This document shows positions 63,581-64,000 of a stretch of DNA of 64,000 nt, in pieces. Below the pieces are notes generated by a model. The model had not been told where the DNA came from. It saw only the letters and a program-made list of their open reading frames with translations, and did not search any database. Within the stretch, counting starts at the first letter, position 1. Each line of letters starts with the position of its first letter. Made by a program: the position numbers and the translations under genes. Origin of the DNA: Gnetum montanum (lineage: Eukaryota > Plantae > Gnetophyta); NCBI GenBank assembly GCA_015680685.1, contig MNCI01003240.1, positions 409,468 through 473,467 on the forward strand, in the 5' to 3' direction.

Positions 63581-64000
63581 TGTTGGCGACCGTTTAGGAC
63601 ACGACCGCCAACGAGTGTCCTCAAACAGGATTTAGGTGCCTGCTAGTCTCTGGCAACACCAAAGCCCAGATACCTCCAAATAAACTTAGTAGTTAATGTG
63701 AGTATGTGTATGTGTTGTTGCGGTGTGCAGTTGTGTGAAATGTAACAATTGTGTTGTGAGTAAACTACAAATGACTTACTTTAAAAAGATTCAGCCAACT
63801 TTGCCAAGTACTATGAGTTGTTGAAAGTTTCATATTTTGTTCAACTGCCTAGTCTATGCGGTCCTTATAATACCTACTTGTAACAAATAAAACTTTGTGA
63901 AAAAATTTGAGCAAAAATTTGCAAATTTACTCCTAATTTTCCCTAGAGAAAGAGATAGTTCCAAAAGAAAACTAGAAATAGAGCAAGATTTGATGGAAAT
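63581..64000. mobile_element. Start of a younger unrelated insertion (probable LTR end), running off the window
   Basis: Abrupt switch at TGTTGGCGACC to CpG-retaining sequence within LTR F. Confidence 0.5.

Overview
AT-rich, CpG-depleted land-plant repeat DNA: a stack of nested, decayed Ty3/gypsy LTR retrotransposons. I see no intact host gene, RNA gene or CRISPR array. My labels are: E (1-7956, minus, Tat-type, runs off the window); a Tekay/Del-like chromovirus remnant (~7957-10815, minus); a CRM-like 5' end with tRNA-iMet PBS and gag (~12560-14355); and C, a large old Tat-type element (14356-~62137, plus) inserted in that gag. C hosts three insertions: B (21514-~29210, minus, 5'-truncated Tat-type with RT-RH-aRH-INT), D (35964-45030, minus, pol-less Athila-like, TSD GTAGG) and A (46892-60298, plus, pol-less Tat-type, TSD CTAGG). 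Two more LTR fragments end the window. The main observation is a shared layout in four divergent Tat-type copies (A, B, C, E). Gag-protease and RT-RH-aRH-INT are separated by a multi-kb spacer, and pol starts at a conserved AG|GTG acceptor-like junction. The spacer carries an antisense multi-exon gene with spliceosomal introns at conserved positions and its own TATA-like promoter. In element A this gene encodes an FCP1/SCP (NIF, HAD-superfamily) phosphatase-like domain with a degenerate catalytic motif. All copies here are pseudogenised, and domain calls rest on motif recognition by eye, not on database searches.
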